From: Candidatus Marithrix sp.
GTDB lineage: Bacteria > Pseudomonadota > Gammaproteobacteria > Beggiatoales > Beggiatoaceae
DNA: 64,000 nucleotides
Direction: 5' to 3'
NCBI GenBank assembly: GCA_016744775.1
Contig: JADGDS010000001.1
Location: 660,290-724,289 of the forward strand
This document shows positions 46,306-56,852 of this stretch, in pieces. The notes under the pieces were generated by a model that had not been told where the DNA came from, ran no database searches, and worked only from the letters and a program-made list of their open reading frames with translations. Position 1 is the first letter of the stretch; each line of letters starts with the position of its first letter. Made by a program: the position numbers and the translations under genes.

Positions 46306-47646
46306 TTATACTTCCTCCTGTAAGGCGTTTACTATTGTTTCCATTTTCATTCCGCGTGATCCTTTAACTAATATAGTTGCATTTGTTGATTTTTGTTTTA
46401 AATATTCTATTAAATCAGTATGTTGTTCAAAATGCTTAGCTCCTTCACCAAAACTATCGACTGCATTCTTACTCAATTCGCCAATAGCTAATAATGATTC
46501 AACTCCAAATTCTCGTGCTTGTTTTCCAGCTTGTTTATGGAATTCAACATCTTGGCTACCAAGTTCATTCATATCACCTAGCACTAAGATGCGTGGCGCA
46601 TCACTTTGCTGTAATACCATTAAAGCAGCTTCCAAAGAAGTTGGATTAGCATTATAAGTATCATTAATAATTGCAGAATCATTAATGCCTTTGCATAATT
46701 GTAAACGCCCTTTTACTGCTTGCATGGTTTCTAAACCATTTTTTATAGTGTCTAAAGAGCAAGCACTAGCCAAGGCACATGCACTAGCGGCTAAAGCATT
46801 CATGATATTATGTTGCCCGGGTATGGGTAAATGAATTGTTATATCACCATTTGGTGTTTTTAAATTAAAATCGCTGCTAGCAACATTTAATTGAATCTTT
46901 GTTGCCATAACATCAGCATGGTTTTTAATAGCAAAAGTACTAATAGTATGTGGTGCCGCTAAATCACGCCAAAGATCAGCATAATCATCATCATTATTAA
47001 TAACAGCAATACCATCAGCTTGTAAATTAGAAAAAATTTCCCCTTTAGCCAGTGCTACACCCTTAATAGTTTTAAAACCTTCCAGATGAGCTGGAGCGCA
47101 TTGAGTAATAGTCGCTACATTTGGCGGTGCTAATTGAGTTAAATAGTCGATTTCACCAGCATGATTCGCACCCATCTCAATTACAGCCTGACGATGCGTA
47201 GAATTTAAATTAAATAAAGTCAAGGGAACTCCAATATCATTATTGAAATTACCCTCATTAGCTAAAACATTTTCTGCAAAAATAGCGCGTAGCATTTCTT
47301 TAGTAGTAGTTTTACCATTACTACCAGTAATTGCAACTAATGGTAATTTAAAACGTTCTAACCAAAATTTGGCTAAAGAACCTAAAGCTTTGCGCGTATC
47401 AGCCACACACAAGCAGGGTAAATTACAATCTGCTACTACCTGTTCAACAATAACCGCGCTAGCTCCATTCTCTTGAGCCGCTGACACAAATTTATGTCCA
47501 TCAAAATTTTCACCGCGTAAGGCAACATAAATTGTTCCCGGTGTAATCTTGCGCGTATCGGTGTTACAACCGGTAAATTTAACATCATCTCCTAATAAAG
47601 TTGCATTTAATGCTGGTGCAACTTCACTTAAATAAAGTTCTATCAT
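46306..47646 (-). CDS. murF: UDP-MurNAc-tripeptide--D-Ala-D-Ala ligase
   Basis: Mur ligase P-loop [14 protein letters not shown], in the position between murE and mraY. Confidence 0.9.
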   Translation of the reverse strand: MIELYLSEVAPALNATLLGDDVKFTGCNTDTRKITPGTIYVALRGENFDGHKFVSAAQENGASAVIVEQVVADCNLPCLCVADTRKALGSLAKFWLERFKLPLVAITGSNGKTTTKEMLRAIFAENVLANEGNFNNDIGVPLTLFNLNSTHRQAVIEMGANHAGEIDYLTQLAPPNVATITQCAPAHLEGFKTIKGVALAKGEIFSNLQADGIAVINNDDDYADLWRDLAAPHTISTFAIKNHADVMATKIQLNVASSDFNLKTPNGDITIHLPIPGQHNIMNALAASACALASACSLDTIKNGLETMQAVKGRLQLCKGINDSAIINDTYNANPTSLEAALMVLQQSDAPRILVLGDMNELGSQDVEFHKQAGKQAREFGVESLLAIGELSKNAVDSFGEGAKHFEQHTDLIEYLKQKSTNATILVKGSRGMKMETIVNALQEEV

Positions 47647-47652
47647 AATAAT

Positions 47653-49065
47653 TTATTTTACTAATTCTCTATCACTAAATGGCAAACGATGATCACCAAT
47701 TTCTTGATAATCTTCATGCCCTTTACCAGCAATTAAAACAATATCATCAACAGTTGCCTGTTGTAGAACATATTCAATAGCCTCTTTTCGATTAGCTATA
47801 ACTGCTTCAGGTTTTGGGCAACCCTGTAATATGTCATCAATAATGCTTTGAGAAGTTTCATGACGTGGATTATCATCTGTAATAATAACCTTATCAGCAT
47901 AAGTTTGTGCAATTTCACCCATAATTGGGCGTTTACCTTTATCACGATCACCACCGCAACCGAATACACACCATAATGTTCCCTTATTATGTTGTTTTAA
48001 TGTTAATAAGGCTTGCTTTAAAGCGTCAGGAGTGTGTGAATAATCAATGATGATGGTGGCTTGATCTGAGTTGCCAAATCGTTCCATTCTACCGGCTACT
48101 GCTGGTAATTTTTTGATTTGTTTCAATAATTCAGATAAAGAATAACCCATATTTAGTAATACTGCTAACACAGCTAAAATATTACTAATATTAAATTCTC
48201 CAAACCAAGGAAAATAACATTGCTCACCTTGGATTGTAAAAACAGAACCATTGTTATCATAACGCTCTATTTTGGCATATAGATCAGCAGATTTATCATG
48301 CAGACTATAAGTCAATGGCGTAACTGTACTTGCTAAATTACTTAAAATCTGTTGCCCAAAAATATCATCACTATTTATAATAGCAGTTTTTAAATTAGGC
48401 ATGGTAAACAATCGTAACTTAGCTTCACCATAAGCCTGCATAGTTTTATGATAATCCAAATGATCGCGACTTAAATTAGTAAATACCGCAGTATCAAAAT
48501 TAATTGCATTAACTCTGCCTTGCACTAAAGCATGAGATGAAACCTCCATAGCAACTGTTGACGCTTGAAGCTCAGCAAATAAAGCTTGCAAACGAATTGC
48601 ATCAGGAGTGGTATGACTAGCAGTTTTCAAATTCCCATAAACACCATAACCCAAAGTACCTAATAAACCACAGGCTGTATTTTGAGTTTGTAATAAATGA
48701 GCGATTGCATGTGTAATAGAAGTTTTACCATTAGTGCCAGTCACGCCAATCACTTGCATATTATCAGAAGGATTCTTATAGAAACGCGCTGCGATTGTTC
48801 CGACTTGTTGAGATAAATTAGGGATACTGATACAAGGGATGCCACCGGCTAATTGTTCAACGCCGGCAACTGGAGCCTCTTTTAAGATTGCGACTGCACC
48901 TTTTTCTAAACTAGATTCAATATAAACATCGCCATGCTGTTGCGTACCTGCGAGCGCGAAAAATGCCTCACCACCGCATACAGCGCGACTATCTAAATTT
49001 AAACCACTAATATTGCAATCTAACTCTTTGGGTAAATCAATTTTTAATAAATTACTTAATAACAT
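47653..49065 (-). CDS. murE: UDP-MurNAc-L-Ala-D-Glu--2,6-diaminopimelate ligase
   Basis: GVTGTNGKTS P-loop and the DNPR motif (TDDNPRHE). Confidence 0.9.
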   Translation of the reverse strand: MLLSNLLKIDLPKELDCNISGLNLDSRAVCGGEAFFALAGTQQHGDVYIESSLEKGAVAILKEAPVAGVEQLAGGIPCISIPNLSQQVGTIAARFYKNPSDNMQVIGVTGTNGKTSITHAIAHLLQTQNTACGLLGTLGYGVYGNLKTASHTTPDAIRLQALFAELQASTVAMEVSSHALVQGRVNAINFDTAVFTNLSRDHLDYHKTMQAYGEAKLRLFTMPNLKTAIINSDDIFGQQILSNLASTVTPLTYSLHDKSADLYAKIERYDNNGSVFTIQGEQCYFPWFGEFNISNILAVLAVLLNMGYSLSELLKQIKKLPAVAGRMERFGNSDQATIIIDYSHTPDALKQALLTLKQHNKGTLWCVFGCGGDRDKGKRPIMGEIAQTYADKVIITDDNPRHETSQSIIDDILQGCPKPEAVIANRKEAIEYVLQQATVDDIVLIAGKGHEDYQEIGDHRLPFSDRELVK

Positions 49066-49133
49066 TAGGTTCTTATTATTTAACTCTAAGAGAGGATAAT
49101 TTTAATTGCTAAAACATCCAACTATCGTGCCAA

Positions 49134-50279
49134 TTATCTGGCTAATATACATTTAAATTGTTCTTGTTCAATATCATTGATAAATTCAACATTTGAAGTA
49201 ATGCTTAATATTCTTTTGATACCACTGCCTCTACCACTATAATGCAATACATATTTTGCAATAGAATTTAAAATAGGGTTTCTGTGTATTGATATGCCCC
49301 TTTTAATTTTTTCAACAGTTAGAGAATTTGTTAATTTTCCCGGATTTATGATTTCTATTCTATCATCAAACATAAAAATATTAATAGGAGCATTAATATA
49401 GTAATCTCTATGAACCAAAGCATTAATGATAAGTTCACTAATCACTATCTCATCTATTTCTAATTTTCCATTAGAATTAAAATCTTTTTCTACTTGATAC
49501 CTTCTTAAATGACTTACAATAAACCTTAAACTATCTTCATAAAGTGTTTTAAGAGATCCTTTTATTCTAGCTTCTGATAAATATTGATTAGAAGATATGT
49601 CATCACCAATAAAATAAACACAATCTACATAAAATGATGGGCAAAATTTTTGGGTTAAGATTCCAAAAATTAGATTTCCTGCTAATGTTAAATGATTATT
49701 TTTTATCACCCCATAATTCTCTAAAATAGTTTCTAATTTCAAGTCACCATTTTTTAGATTGTCATATATATTTCTATCTTCAGTTGCCAAAAATTGATAA
49801 AAAAACTCTATATTCAAATCTGTAATATCTGTAGCTTTTAATTCTTCTTCATCTGCATAAAGTTTTTTAGATTCTGCAAAAAGTCTTCTTAACTCTTCTG
49901 ACGATACTTTTCTTTTATCACTTCCTGCTTTGGTGATATATAAGCCTTTATTGGTAGCGTATGGTTTATTCATACCCTCATCAACTTCAATAATTAATAT
50001 TTTTTTAGCCGCTATTTCTTCTATCTTTACAAGTGGATAAATAGGAGGATTTATATTTGCATTAATAACATTTCCAATCAATTGATTTAATCTTCTAATA
50101 TCATGATCATTTAAACCAACAATATTGCCGCCATCATCCACTCCAATAATTAACCAACCACCTTTGGCATTTGAAAAAGCAACAAACTCTTCGGCTAATT
50201 TATCACTATTTGTAATATTTACTTTAAACTGTGTATAACTATCTTCACCAAGTGAAATTCTTTTTTGTAAATCCTTCAT
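49134..50279 (-). CDS. AlbA_2 (Schlafen-like) + HATPase_c_4-type ATP-binding protein, copy 1
   Basis: EDSYTQFKVN...AFSNAKGGWLIIGVDDGGNIVG (AlbA_2) and a C-terminal ...ELIINALVHRDY... region. The start was set at the internal Met 1 nt after the upstream stop; the track start is 50393. Confidence 0.65.
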   Translation of the reverse strand: MKDLQKRISLGEDSYTQFKVNITNSDKLAEEFVAFSNAKGGWLIIGVDDGGNIVGLNDHDIRRLNQLIGNVINANINPPIYPLVKIEEIAAKKILIIEVDEGMNKPYATNKGLYITKAGSDKRKVSSEELRRLFAESKKLYADEEELKATDITDLNIEFFYQFLATEDRNIYDNLKNGDLKLETILENYGVIKNNHLTLAGNLIFGILTQKFCPSFYVDCVYFIGDDISSNQYLSEARIKGSLKTLYEDSLRFIVSHLRRYQVEKDFNSNGKLEIDEIVISELIINALVHRDYYINAPINIFMFDDRIEIINPGKLTNSLTVEKIKRGISIHRNPILNSIAKYVLHYSGRGSGIKRILSITSNVEFINDIEQEQFKCILAR

Positions 50280-50280
50280 A

Positions 50281-51318
50281 TTAACTAGCAGTTTTAGTTT
50301 CAAAAGCCCCTTTAAGTGAAGACATAACTTCACGACGTATTTCTTTGAAGCGTGGTTTTTCGTCTTCCATAAATGGTAATGGGCGACAAGCATTCATTGC
50401 ATGAATACCAAGTCGTGCCGTTAATATGCCCGCACCTAAACCTTGTGCGATTTGAGTTGACATCACTGATAATACTGAACCACCTATAATTTCAGCAGTT
50501 CCATCGGCAACTGTTTCACTTACATCAGCATAAATTAGATTTTGTATCACCGTAAGCATTAAACTCATTGAACCGAAAAATCCCGGTTTACCATTATAAA
50601 GTGTAGCAATTTGTCTAATCATACGCACATTACGCCATAAAGTTAATATCGTATCTATTAAAGCTATTTGACTGATCATAACAAATAAGGCTGTTTCTTT
50701 AGAAGATTTGGTAACTATTTGATATGCTTGTTGATCTATATCGTGCATAACTTGTTTAGAAAATAAGGCATAGATTTCGCGATCATGATGGCTGTCATTA
50801 ATGCTTATATAAAAACGATCTAAACGATTTCTAAAACTTAAATCTTCACTATAAAATAATCCTATTTTATTTAAATACGCTTTAGCGTTACCATAAGCAT
50901 TATTTGTAATAATTTTCTGCCCCTCTTGTTGTAAATTTGAAACAGTGCGTAATGTACGTATTTTTTGAATAGCTTGCCAAGTTAATGTTAAACTAGCTCC
51001 AGATATAATAATTATTAAAAATAAAAATACTGTACCTAGTATAAAATTATTATCATATTGTTCTACGATAAAATTATAACTATCCACTAATAGCATTAAA
51101 GTTAATAATCCACCTAATGAGGCTGCTAACCACAACCAAGCAGAATGTTTTGAAACGACAGGAATCGAGTTGGTGATTCTATCTTCATGCGATTGATCGG
51201 TTTCTAACTGAATATCATCTGGTAAAATGACTGGTGGAGTATAATCTAAGGTAACTTTTGCCTCATCTTCAACAGTAATTTCTACTTTATCTACATCAAA
51301 ATAAATTGCTGTACTCAT
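50281..51318 (-). CDS. YcjF-like membrane protein (UPF0283/DUF697)
   Basis: 345 aa with an acidic N-terminus, two central TM segments and a conserved C-terminal region (GILTARLGIHAMNACRPLPF). Confidence 0.6.
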   Translation of the reverse strand: MSTAIYFDVDKVEITVEDEAKVTLDYTPPVILPDDIQLETDQSHEDRITNSIPVVSKHSAWLWLAASLGGLLTLMLLVDSYNFIVEQYDNNFILGTVFLFLIIIISGASLTLTWQAIQKIRTLRTVSNLQQEGQKIITNNAYGNAKAYLNKIGLFYSEDLSFRNRLDRFYISINDSHHDREIYALFSKQVMHDIDQQAYQIVTKSSKETALFVMISQIALIDTILTLWRNVRMIRQIATLYNGKPGFFGSMSLMLTVIQNLIYADVSETVADGTAEIIGGSVLSVMSTQIAQGLGAGILTARLGIHAMNACRPLPFMEDEKPRFKEIRREVMSSLKGAFETKTAS

Positions 51319-51417
51319 AGGAATTATTCCTTATAAAATTATAAATAATCTGTAAAATGCTCTTGTATTATTATATCATTCTCATAAATTATAGTGTACA
51401 TAAAGGAAAATCAAATA

Positions 51418-51780
51418 ATGATGAATAAAATTCTTGCTGTAGATGATTCAAAAGTAGATCTTACAAATATGGAGAATATTATAACCGAGGCAGGTTATGA
51501 AGTTATAACAGCTTCTTCAGGCAAAGAGGCTATTGAAAAGGCAATTGCTGAACATCCTGACTTAATTTTTATGGATGTCATAATGCAAAAAATGGATGGC
51601 TATCAAGCGTGTAGGATATTAAATGAAAATGATGAAACTAAAAATATTCCTATTATTTTTGTTACTTGCAAGGGTCAAAAAGCAGATCGTATCTGGGCGG
51701 AAATGACAGGGGGTAAAGGTTTAGTCCAAAAACCTTACACCCCAAAAGACATTATTGAACAAATTGATAATTTACTTTAA
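51418..51780 (+). CDS. single-domain response regulator (CheY-like receiver)
   Basis: ILAVDDS, FMDVIMQKMDG (phospho-acceptor Asp), T(C)KG and KP are the receiver signature residues. Confidence 0.8.
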   Translation: MMNKILAVDDSKVDLTNMENIITEAGYEVITASSGKEAIEKAIAEHPDLIFMDVIMQKMDGYQACRILNENDETKNIPIIFVTCKGQKADRIWAEMTGGKGLVQKPYTPKDIIEQIDNLL

Positions 51781-53100
51781 TCAACTCATTATTGCATCTA
51801 ATGTTTCAAAATATTTATTTATTTCTGTTTCAGTACGCATTTCAGTAGCACATACTAATAAGGTATTGTCTGTTAGCTTATATCCACCTAAAATATTATT
51901 TTTTAATAATTGCTTTAAAACATCATCTACGGGTTTGTCTAACCTTAATACACATTCATGAAAGAATGGTGCATTAAAAACACGATTTACTCCGGTAATA
52001 GTTGATAGTTTTTCTACTAATTCACTGGTATTAGTGTGACATTTCAAAGCAGCTCGTTCTAAGCCTTCAGCTCCTAAGATCGCAGTATGAATCGTAGCTG
52101 CTGTCACCATCAAACCTTGATTAGTACAAATATTAGAAGTCGCTTTAGAGCGACGAATATGTTGTTCACGGGCTTGTAGGGTTAAAGTGTAACCAGTGTT
52201 ACCTTCTAAATCGACAGTGCGCCCAACAATGCGCCCGGGCATTTGACGTACATAAGCTTTTTTGCAACACATAAAGCCAAAATATGGTCCACCTCCAGAT
52301 AAAGGAATACCTAAAGATTGCCCTTCGCCACAGGCAATATCGGCACCTTTAGTACCCCATTCACCGGGAGGTGATAATGTCGCAATTGCTAATGGATTTA
52401 CCACTGCTATGACTAATAAACCTTGTGCATGTGCCCAATCAGTTAATTCATCAACTGCTTCTATGCCACCAAAAAAATTGGGTTGTGGAATAACTAAAGC
52501 GGCTGCATCAGATGTTTCAATATTAAGATTAATGGTGCCAGTTTCAGAATCATAAGGTATTTCTATCATAGAAATACCTTGATTTTTCACAATGGTATTG
52601 ACAACTTGCCTATAAATAGGATTTACAGTTGTCGGCATTAAAATCTGTTTTGCCTTTGCCTTTTTCAGCCGCACCGCCATTAAAACCGCTTCAGCTAATC
52701 CAGATGCACCATCATATAAAGAAGCATTAGAAGCTTCCATAGCGGTTAAATTAACCATCATACTTTGAAATTCATATAATAATTGCAAAGTACCTTGGCT
52801 AGCTTCAGCTTGATAAGGTGTATAAGCTGAATAAAATTCACCACGTGTAGTGATTTCCCAAACAGCGGCTGGAATATGATGCTCATATGCACCAGCACCA
52901 GCAAAACAAGTTGCAGTTGGAGTAGCGCGTTGCTGCATTAATTGTGAAATTTCCATTTCTGTTAATGCAGATGGAATTTTTTCTAAATCACCGCAACGTA
53001 ACTCAGCCGGAATTTCATCAAATAAATCTTCAATACTATTGGCACCAATAGTATCGAGCATACTGGCAATGTCATTATTCGTGTGAGGTATGTAGGGCAT
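51781..53100 (-). CDS. gcvPA: glycine dehydrogenase (aminomethyl-transferring) subunit 1
   Basis: [15 protein letters not shown] start, 439 aa, directly downstream of gcvH. Confidence 0.9.
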   Translation of the reverse strand: MPYIPHTNNDIASMLDTIGANSIEDLFDEIPAELRCGDLEKIPSALTEMEISQLMQQRATPTATCFAGAGAYEHHIPAAVWEITTRGEFYSAYTPYQAEASQGTLQLLYEFQSMMVNLTAMEASNASLYDGASGLAEAVLMAVRLKKAKAKQILMPTTVNPIYRQVVNTIVKNQGISMIEIPYDSETGTINLNIETSDAAALVIPQPNFFGGIEAVDELTDWAHAQGLLVIAVVNPLAIATLSPPGEWGTKGADIACGEGQSLGIPLSGGGPYFGFMCCKKAYVRQMPGRIVGRTVDLEGNTGYTLTLQAREQHIRRSKATSNICTNQGLMVTAATIHTAILGAEGLERAALKCHTNTSELVEKLSTITGVNRVFNAPFFHECVLRLDKPVDDVLKQLLKNNILGGYKLTDNTLLVCATEMRTETEINKYFETLDAIMS

Positions 53101-53458
53101 ATTCTTCAGGTTTCAGTAAATTGTCTAAAGTTTCACTTGGTTTGATTTTAAATAACCAAGCCTCTTCATATGGGCTACTATTAACCAATTCTGGAGAATC
53201 AGTTAAATTATCATTAATTGCAATGATTTCACCTGATAATGGGCTATATACATCTCCAGCAGCTTTAACCGATTCAATTACTACGACTTCATCTTTAGCA
53301 TTCACTTGAATGTTGAGTTCTGGTAACTCAATAAAAACTATATCGCCTAAAAGCTCTTGAGCATGATCAGTAATGCCTACAGTTACTGTATCATCATTTT
53401 CAACACGTACCCATTCATGAGTTTTGGTATATTTTAATTCTTGAGGTATATTACTCAT
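53075..53458 (-). CDS. gcvH: glycine cleavage system H protein
   Basis: Lipoyl-lysine motif [12 protein letters not shown]. 127 aa. Confidence 0.9.
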   Translation of the reverse strand: MSNIPQELKYTKTHEWVRVENDDTVTVGITDHAQELLGDIVFIELPELNIQVNAKDEVVVIESVKAAGDVYSPLSGEIIAINDNLTDSPELVNSSPYEEAWLFKIKPSETLDNLLKPEEYALHTSHE

Positions 53459-53474
53459 AACTATTTATTATAAA

Positions 53475-54560
53475 TTAAACAAAAATTTTACCATTTCTAA
53501 CAAACGGTGGTTTAACTACTTTTGCCGCTAACTGTTTATTGCGTATTGTTACCATAACTTGCTCATATTTTCCTGCTGGTACACGCGCAAAAGCTATAGA
53601 CTTACCAATAGTAGGTGAGAAAGTGCCGCTGGTTATTTGTCCAATACCACCACCTTCAACGGTGACAGTTTGATGCCCACGTAATACCCCTTTATCTTCT
53701 AATACTAAAGCGAGCATAATTTCATGATCTGCTTTCTCTTGTTGAGCTTCTAAAGCTTTACGCCCAATAAAATCTCGATCTTCAGGTTTAAAAGCCACCG
53801 TCCAAGTTAAACCGGCCTCTAAAGGAGAATAATTCTCATCCATATCAATTCCATATAGATTCATACCAGCTTCGAGTCGTAAAGTATCACGGGCACCTAA
53901 ACCAATTGGCGCGACATCAGCCGCTAATAATGCCTCCCAGAATTCTGGTGCTTGTTGTTCGGGTAATATGACTTCAAAACCATCTTCACCGGTATAACCA
54001 GTACGCCCAACAAAAACTTCATCATTCCAAGCGGCATTAAAAGGCTTAAGTTCCATTGCTGATTCTTGTAAATCTGCTGACAATAAAGGCTTAACTTTTT
54101 CACGTGCAAGAGGCCCTTGTACCGCAATTATTGCAAGATCGTCACGTTGTTTCACATCAACCTTAAAATCTTCAGCATGTTTTCTAATCCAAGCCAGATC
54201 TTTTTCAGTTGTAGCAGCATTAACAACTAAACGAAATTGGGTATCTGATACCAAATAAACAATTAAATCATCAATTACACCACCATTTTCATTCAACATG
54301 CAACTATAGAGGGCTTTACCTACATTTTTCAAGCGTCCAACATCATTTGCTAACAAATAGCTTAAAAAATAACCTACATTTTCTCCACTTAAATCGACAA
54401 CAGTCATATGTGAAACATCAAACATACCCGCAGATTTACGAACTTGATGATGTTCATTCAATTGTGAAGAATAATGCAAAGGCATATCCCAACCACCAAA
54501 ATCAACGATCTTAGCATTTGATTGTAAATGATTATTATATAAATAAGTTTTATTGCCCAT
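53475..54560 (-). CDS. gcvT: glycine cleavage system aminomethyltransferase T
   Basis: 361 aa with FGGWDMPLHY, MFDVSHM and GYTGEDGFE motifs. Confidence 0.9.
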   Translation of the reverse strand: MGNKTYLYNNHLQSNAKIVDFGGWDMPLHYSSQLNEHHQVRKSAGMFDVSHMTVVDLSGENVGYFLSYLLANDVGRLKNVGKALYSCMLNENGGVIDDLIVYLVSDTQFRLVVNAATTEKDLAWIRKHAEDFKVDVKQRDDLAIIAVQGPLAREKVKPLLSADLQESAMELKPFNAAWNDEVFVGRTGYTGEDGFEVILPEQQAPEFWEALLAADVAPIGLGARDTLRLEAGMNLYGIDMDENYSPLEAGLTWTVAFKPEDRDFIGRKALEAQQEKADHEIMLALVLEDKGVLRGHQTVTVEGGGIGQITSGTFSPTIGKSIAFARVPAGKYEQVMVTIRNKQLAAKVVKPPFVRNGKIFV

Positions 54561-54615
54561 ATAAGATTATATCCTGAGTAAATGACTTTGTTATTATAGC
54601 ATGAGATAATTAAAT

Positions 54616-55731
54616 TTAACTAAATCGCCAACGCAATGCTAAATAAGCACTAATAAAAAAAACAAAACTAACTATAAATAAATAAAATAAAGGTGGCCAT
54701 AAATGACCAAAATCACGCAGCTTAAAAAATGATCTAACTAATGAAGTATTTTTAGTTTCAACTAAATTAAGATCATTAAAACTATTTAAGTTAAATTTTA
54801 ATTTTAATATTCCTCCTTGCGCATAAGCATCAGTAGTTAAAATAGACTCAAAAGCCCAACGCTGAATCGTAATTGCACTAAGACTATTAGCTAAATTAGA
54901 CCAAATATGATTTTCTAAATCTACTTGAGGGCGCAATAATCCACCAAATAACAATTGTGGAATCATTAATAATGGAACCAATGTCAAAGCGACACGATAA
55001 CTTTTTACTATTGATGAAATAAATAAACCTAACGAAGCGGAAACAAAAGCGGCTACCCAAAGTATTAGCCAAATATACAAAATATAATGAAATGATAATT
55101 CTAATAATAAAGGAACGACTATTATAGATAATAATACTGTTTGTATGCCTAAAATCACAGCTAAGACAAAGAATTTAGCTGATAAATAAGGAAAAAGAAA
55201 TAAATAAGAACGAATTTCTCTCTTTAACAAACCTTGTTCAGTAACAATTTCTTTGCATGATCCCATGATACCAAACCAAATACTTGCTGCTACTAATAGA
55301 AAATAAACACTACCACGTCGTAAACTGCCTATATTACTAATGATTGTATGCTTAACATCATTTAAAGCAAAATGAGGCAATTGCACATTTTTCTGATCAA
55401 AAAAAGCTTTAATGGTGGTTTGAATATATTGATGTCGTAAGATAAAACTATCCTGTTTAGCTAATGTTTTAGCATACCTATGTAATTTATCAATATTGAC
55501 GCTTTTCTTAGCCTGTTGCAAAGCTGATTTCATCACATCAAAATAATATAATACCCTTATTGCCTCATCATAATTATGATTATCGCGTTCAAAATTATAA
55601 AACGCGACAATAATCAACATAGCAATTAAAGGAACCTGTAATATTATTAAAGCTAAATTAAGTTTATCAGCAAAAATAACCCTAAAATTACGTTGTATTA
55701 ATACAATAAATTGATTTAATTGAATAAGCAA
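54616..55731 (-). CDS. ABC-2 type transporter permease-like membrane protein
   Basis: 371 aa with a TM1-long loop-5 TM layout typical of ABC-2/ABCG permeases. No ATPase partner is adjacent. Confidence 0.55.
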   Translation of the reverse strand: MLIQLNQFIVLIQRNFRVIFADKLNLALIILQVPLIAMLIIVAFYNFERDNHNYDEAIRVLYYFDVMKSALQQAKKSVNIDKLHRYAKTLAKQDSFILRHQYIQTTIKAFFDQKNVQLPHFALNDVKHTIISNIGSLRRGSVYFLLVAASIWFGIMGSCKEIVTEQGLLKREIRSYLFLFPYLSAKFFVLAVILGIQTVLLSIIVVPLLLELSFHYILYIWLILWVAAFVSASLGLFISSIVKSYRVALTLVPLLMIPQLLFGGLLRPQVDLENHIWSNLANSLSAITIQRWAFESILTTDAYAQGGILKLKFNLNSFNDLNLVETKNTSLVRSFFKLRDFGHLWPPLFYLFIVSFVFFISAYLALRWRFS

Positions 55732-55761
55732 AAAATTTTAATTCTAAGTAGGAGAAATAAA

Positions 55762-56397
55762 ATGACACGTACCCGTGTAAAAATTTGCGGTATTACTCGT
55801 GCAGAAGATGGACGTATAGCCGCGAAATATGGTGCAGATGCTATTGGCTTAGTATTTTATGAAAAAAGCCCACGCGCTGTCAATATTGAACAGGCACAAA
55901 CAATTATTCAAAGCTTACCAGCTTTTGTAACAGTTGTGGGTTTATTTGTAAATGCTGAACCTGATGTGATAAATAATATCTTGGCAAAAGTGCCAATAGA
56001 TTTATTACAATTTCATGGGGAAGAATCACCAGAATATTGCAGTGGTTTTAATAAACCCTATATGAAAGCTTTACGAATGCGCCCCAATATAGAACTTGAA
56101 ACTGTAATTGCAAAATATCAAACAGCAAAAGGGATATTATTAGATAGCTATGTACAAGGAGTAAAAGGCGGCACAGGTACGGTATTTGATTGGCAACAAA
56201 TACCATCAAATCTATCGAAACCCATTATAGTAGCAGGTGGTTTAACAGCAACAAATGTAAATGCAGCCATCAAAGTTTTAAATCCTTATGCGGTTGATGT
56301 TAGTGGCGGGGTAGAATCAGCGAAGGGTATTAAAGATAGTGGAAAAATTGCTGAATTTATGCAGGGAATTAGCCATTACGATAAAGGGCAACCATAA
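55762..56397 (+). CDS. trpF: phosphoribosylanthranilate isomerase
   Basis: [17 protein letters not shown] and AGGL motifs. The start was set at the ATG after AGGAG; the track start is 55720. Confidence 0.85.
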   Translation: MTRTRVKICGITRAEDGRIAAKYGADAIGLVFYEKSPRAVNIEQAQTIIQSLPAFVTVVGLFVNAEPDVINNILAKVPIDLLQFHGEESPEYCSGFNKPYMKALRMRPNIELETVIAKYQTAKGILLDSYVQGVKGGTGTVFDWQQIPSNLSKPIIVAGGLTATNVNAAIKVLNPYAVDVSGGVESAKGIKDSGKIAEFMQGISHYDKGQP

Positions 56398-56473
56398 AGG
56401 ATTGCCCCTACATAGGGTGGTTTAACATAATAAATATATTGTAGGGGCAATCCCTTGTGGTTGCCCTTTATCG
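56379..56473. terminator. 34-nt-arm inverted repeat that includes the last 19 nt of trpF
   Basis: CGATAAAGGGCAACCATAAAGGATTGCCCCTACA ... TGTAGGGGCAATCCCTTGTGGTTGCCCTTTATCG, with 2 mismatches. It lies between convergent genes. Confidence 0.7.
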
Positions 56474-56479
56474 AATTAG

Positions 56480-56698
56480 CTAGGAAGCTTTTTCACACTC
56501 TTCAATCAATTTATCTAAAGCTTTAACATGACTTTTGGCTTCATTTTTTAATTCTGTAAGGAAATCGAATTCGCTTTTGCTGATTTTGCCATCAGCAAAT
56601 AGGCTTTCACGTAAAACATTGACTTCTTTTTCACTGATATGACCATCACCTAATGCAAAAGCTTTTGCTACTTTGCGCCATTCTGCCATTTTATTCAT
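56480..56698 (-). CDS. hypothetical small helical protein with two DG-IS-E repeats
   Basis: 72 aa with GDGHISEKEVNVL and ADGKISKSEFDFL (TerB/EF-hand-like repeats). Weak evidence. Confidence 0.4.
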   Translation of the reverse strand: MNKMAEWRKVAKAFALGDGHISEKEVNVLRESLFADGKISKSEFDFLTELKNEAKSHVKALDKLIEECEKAS

Positions 56699-56765
56699 TC
56701 TCCTTTTTTATAAAATAATAGAAAAAATAAGTTAGGCTTTTTATATGAGAGTGTTTTTTAGAATT

Positions 56766-56850
56766 TCAAGATGCCAACGCAAGGTTAAATATTCCTCCCT
56801 GTGCATAAGCGTCAGTAGAAGCCCAACACAACCAAGGGGTTGTTTTATAA
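56766..56850 (-). pseudogene. short remnant related to the ABC-2 permease gene at 54616-55731
   Basis: The reverse strand reads ..[23 protein letters not shown], against [23 protein letters not shown] in the intact gene. DNA similarity to ~54811-54870 is visible by eye. Confidence 0.5.
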
Positions 56851-56852
56851 AA

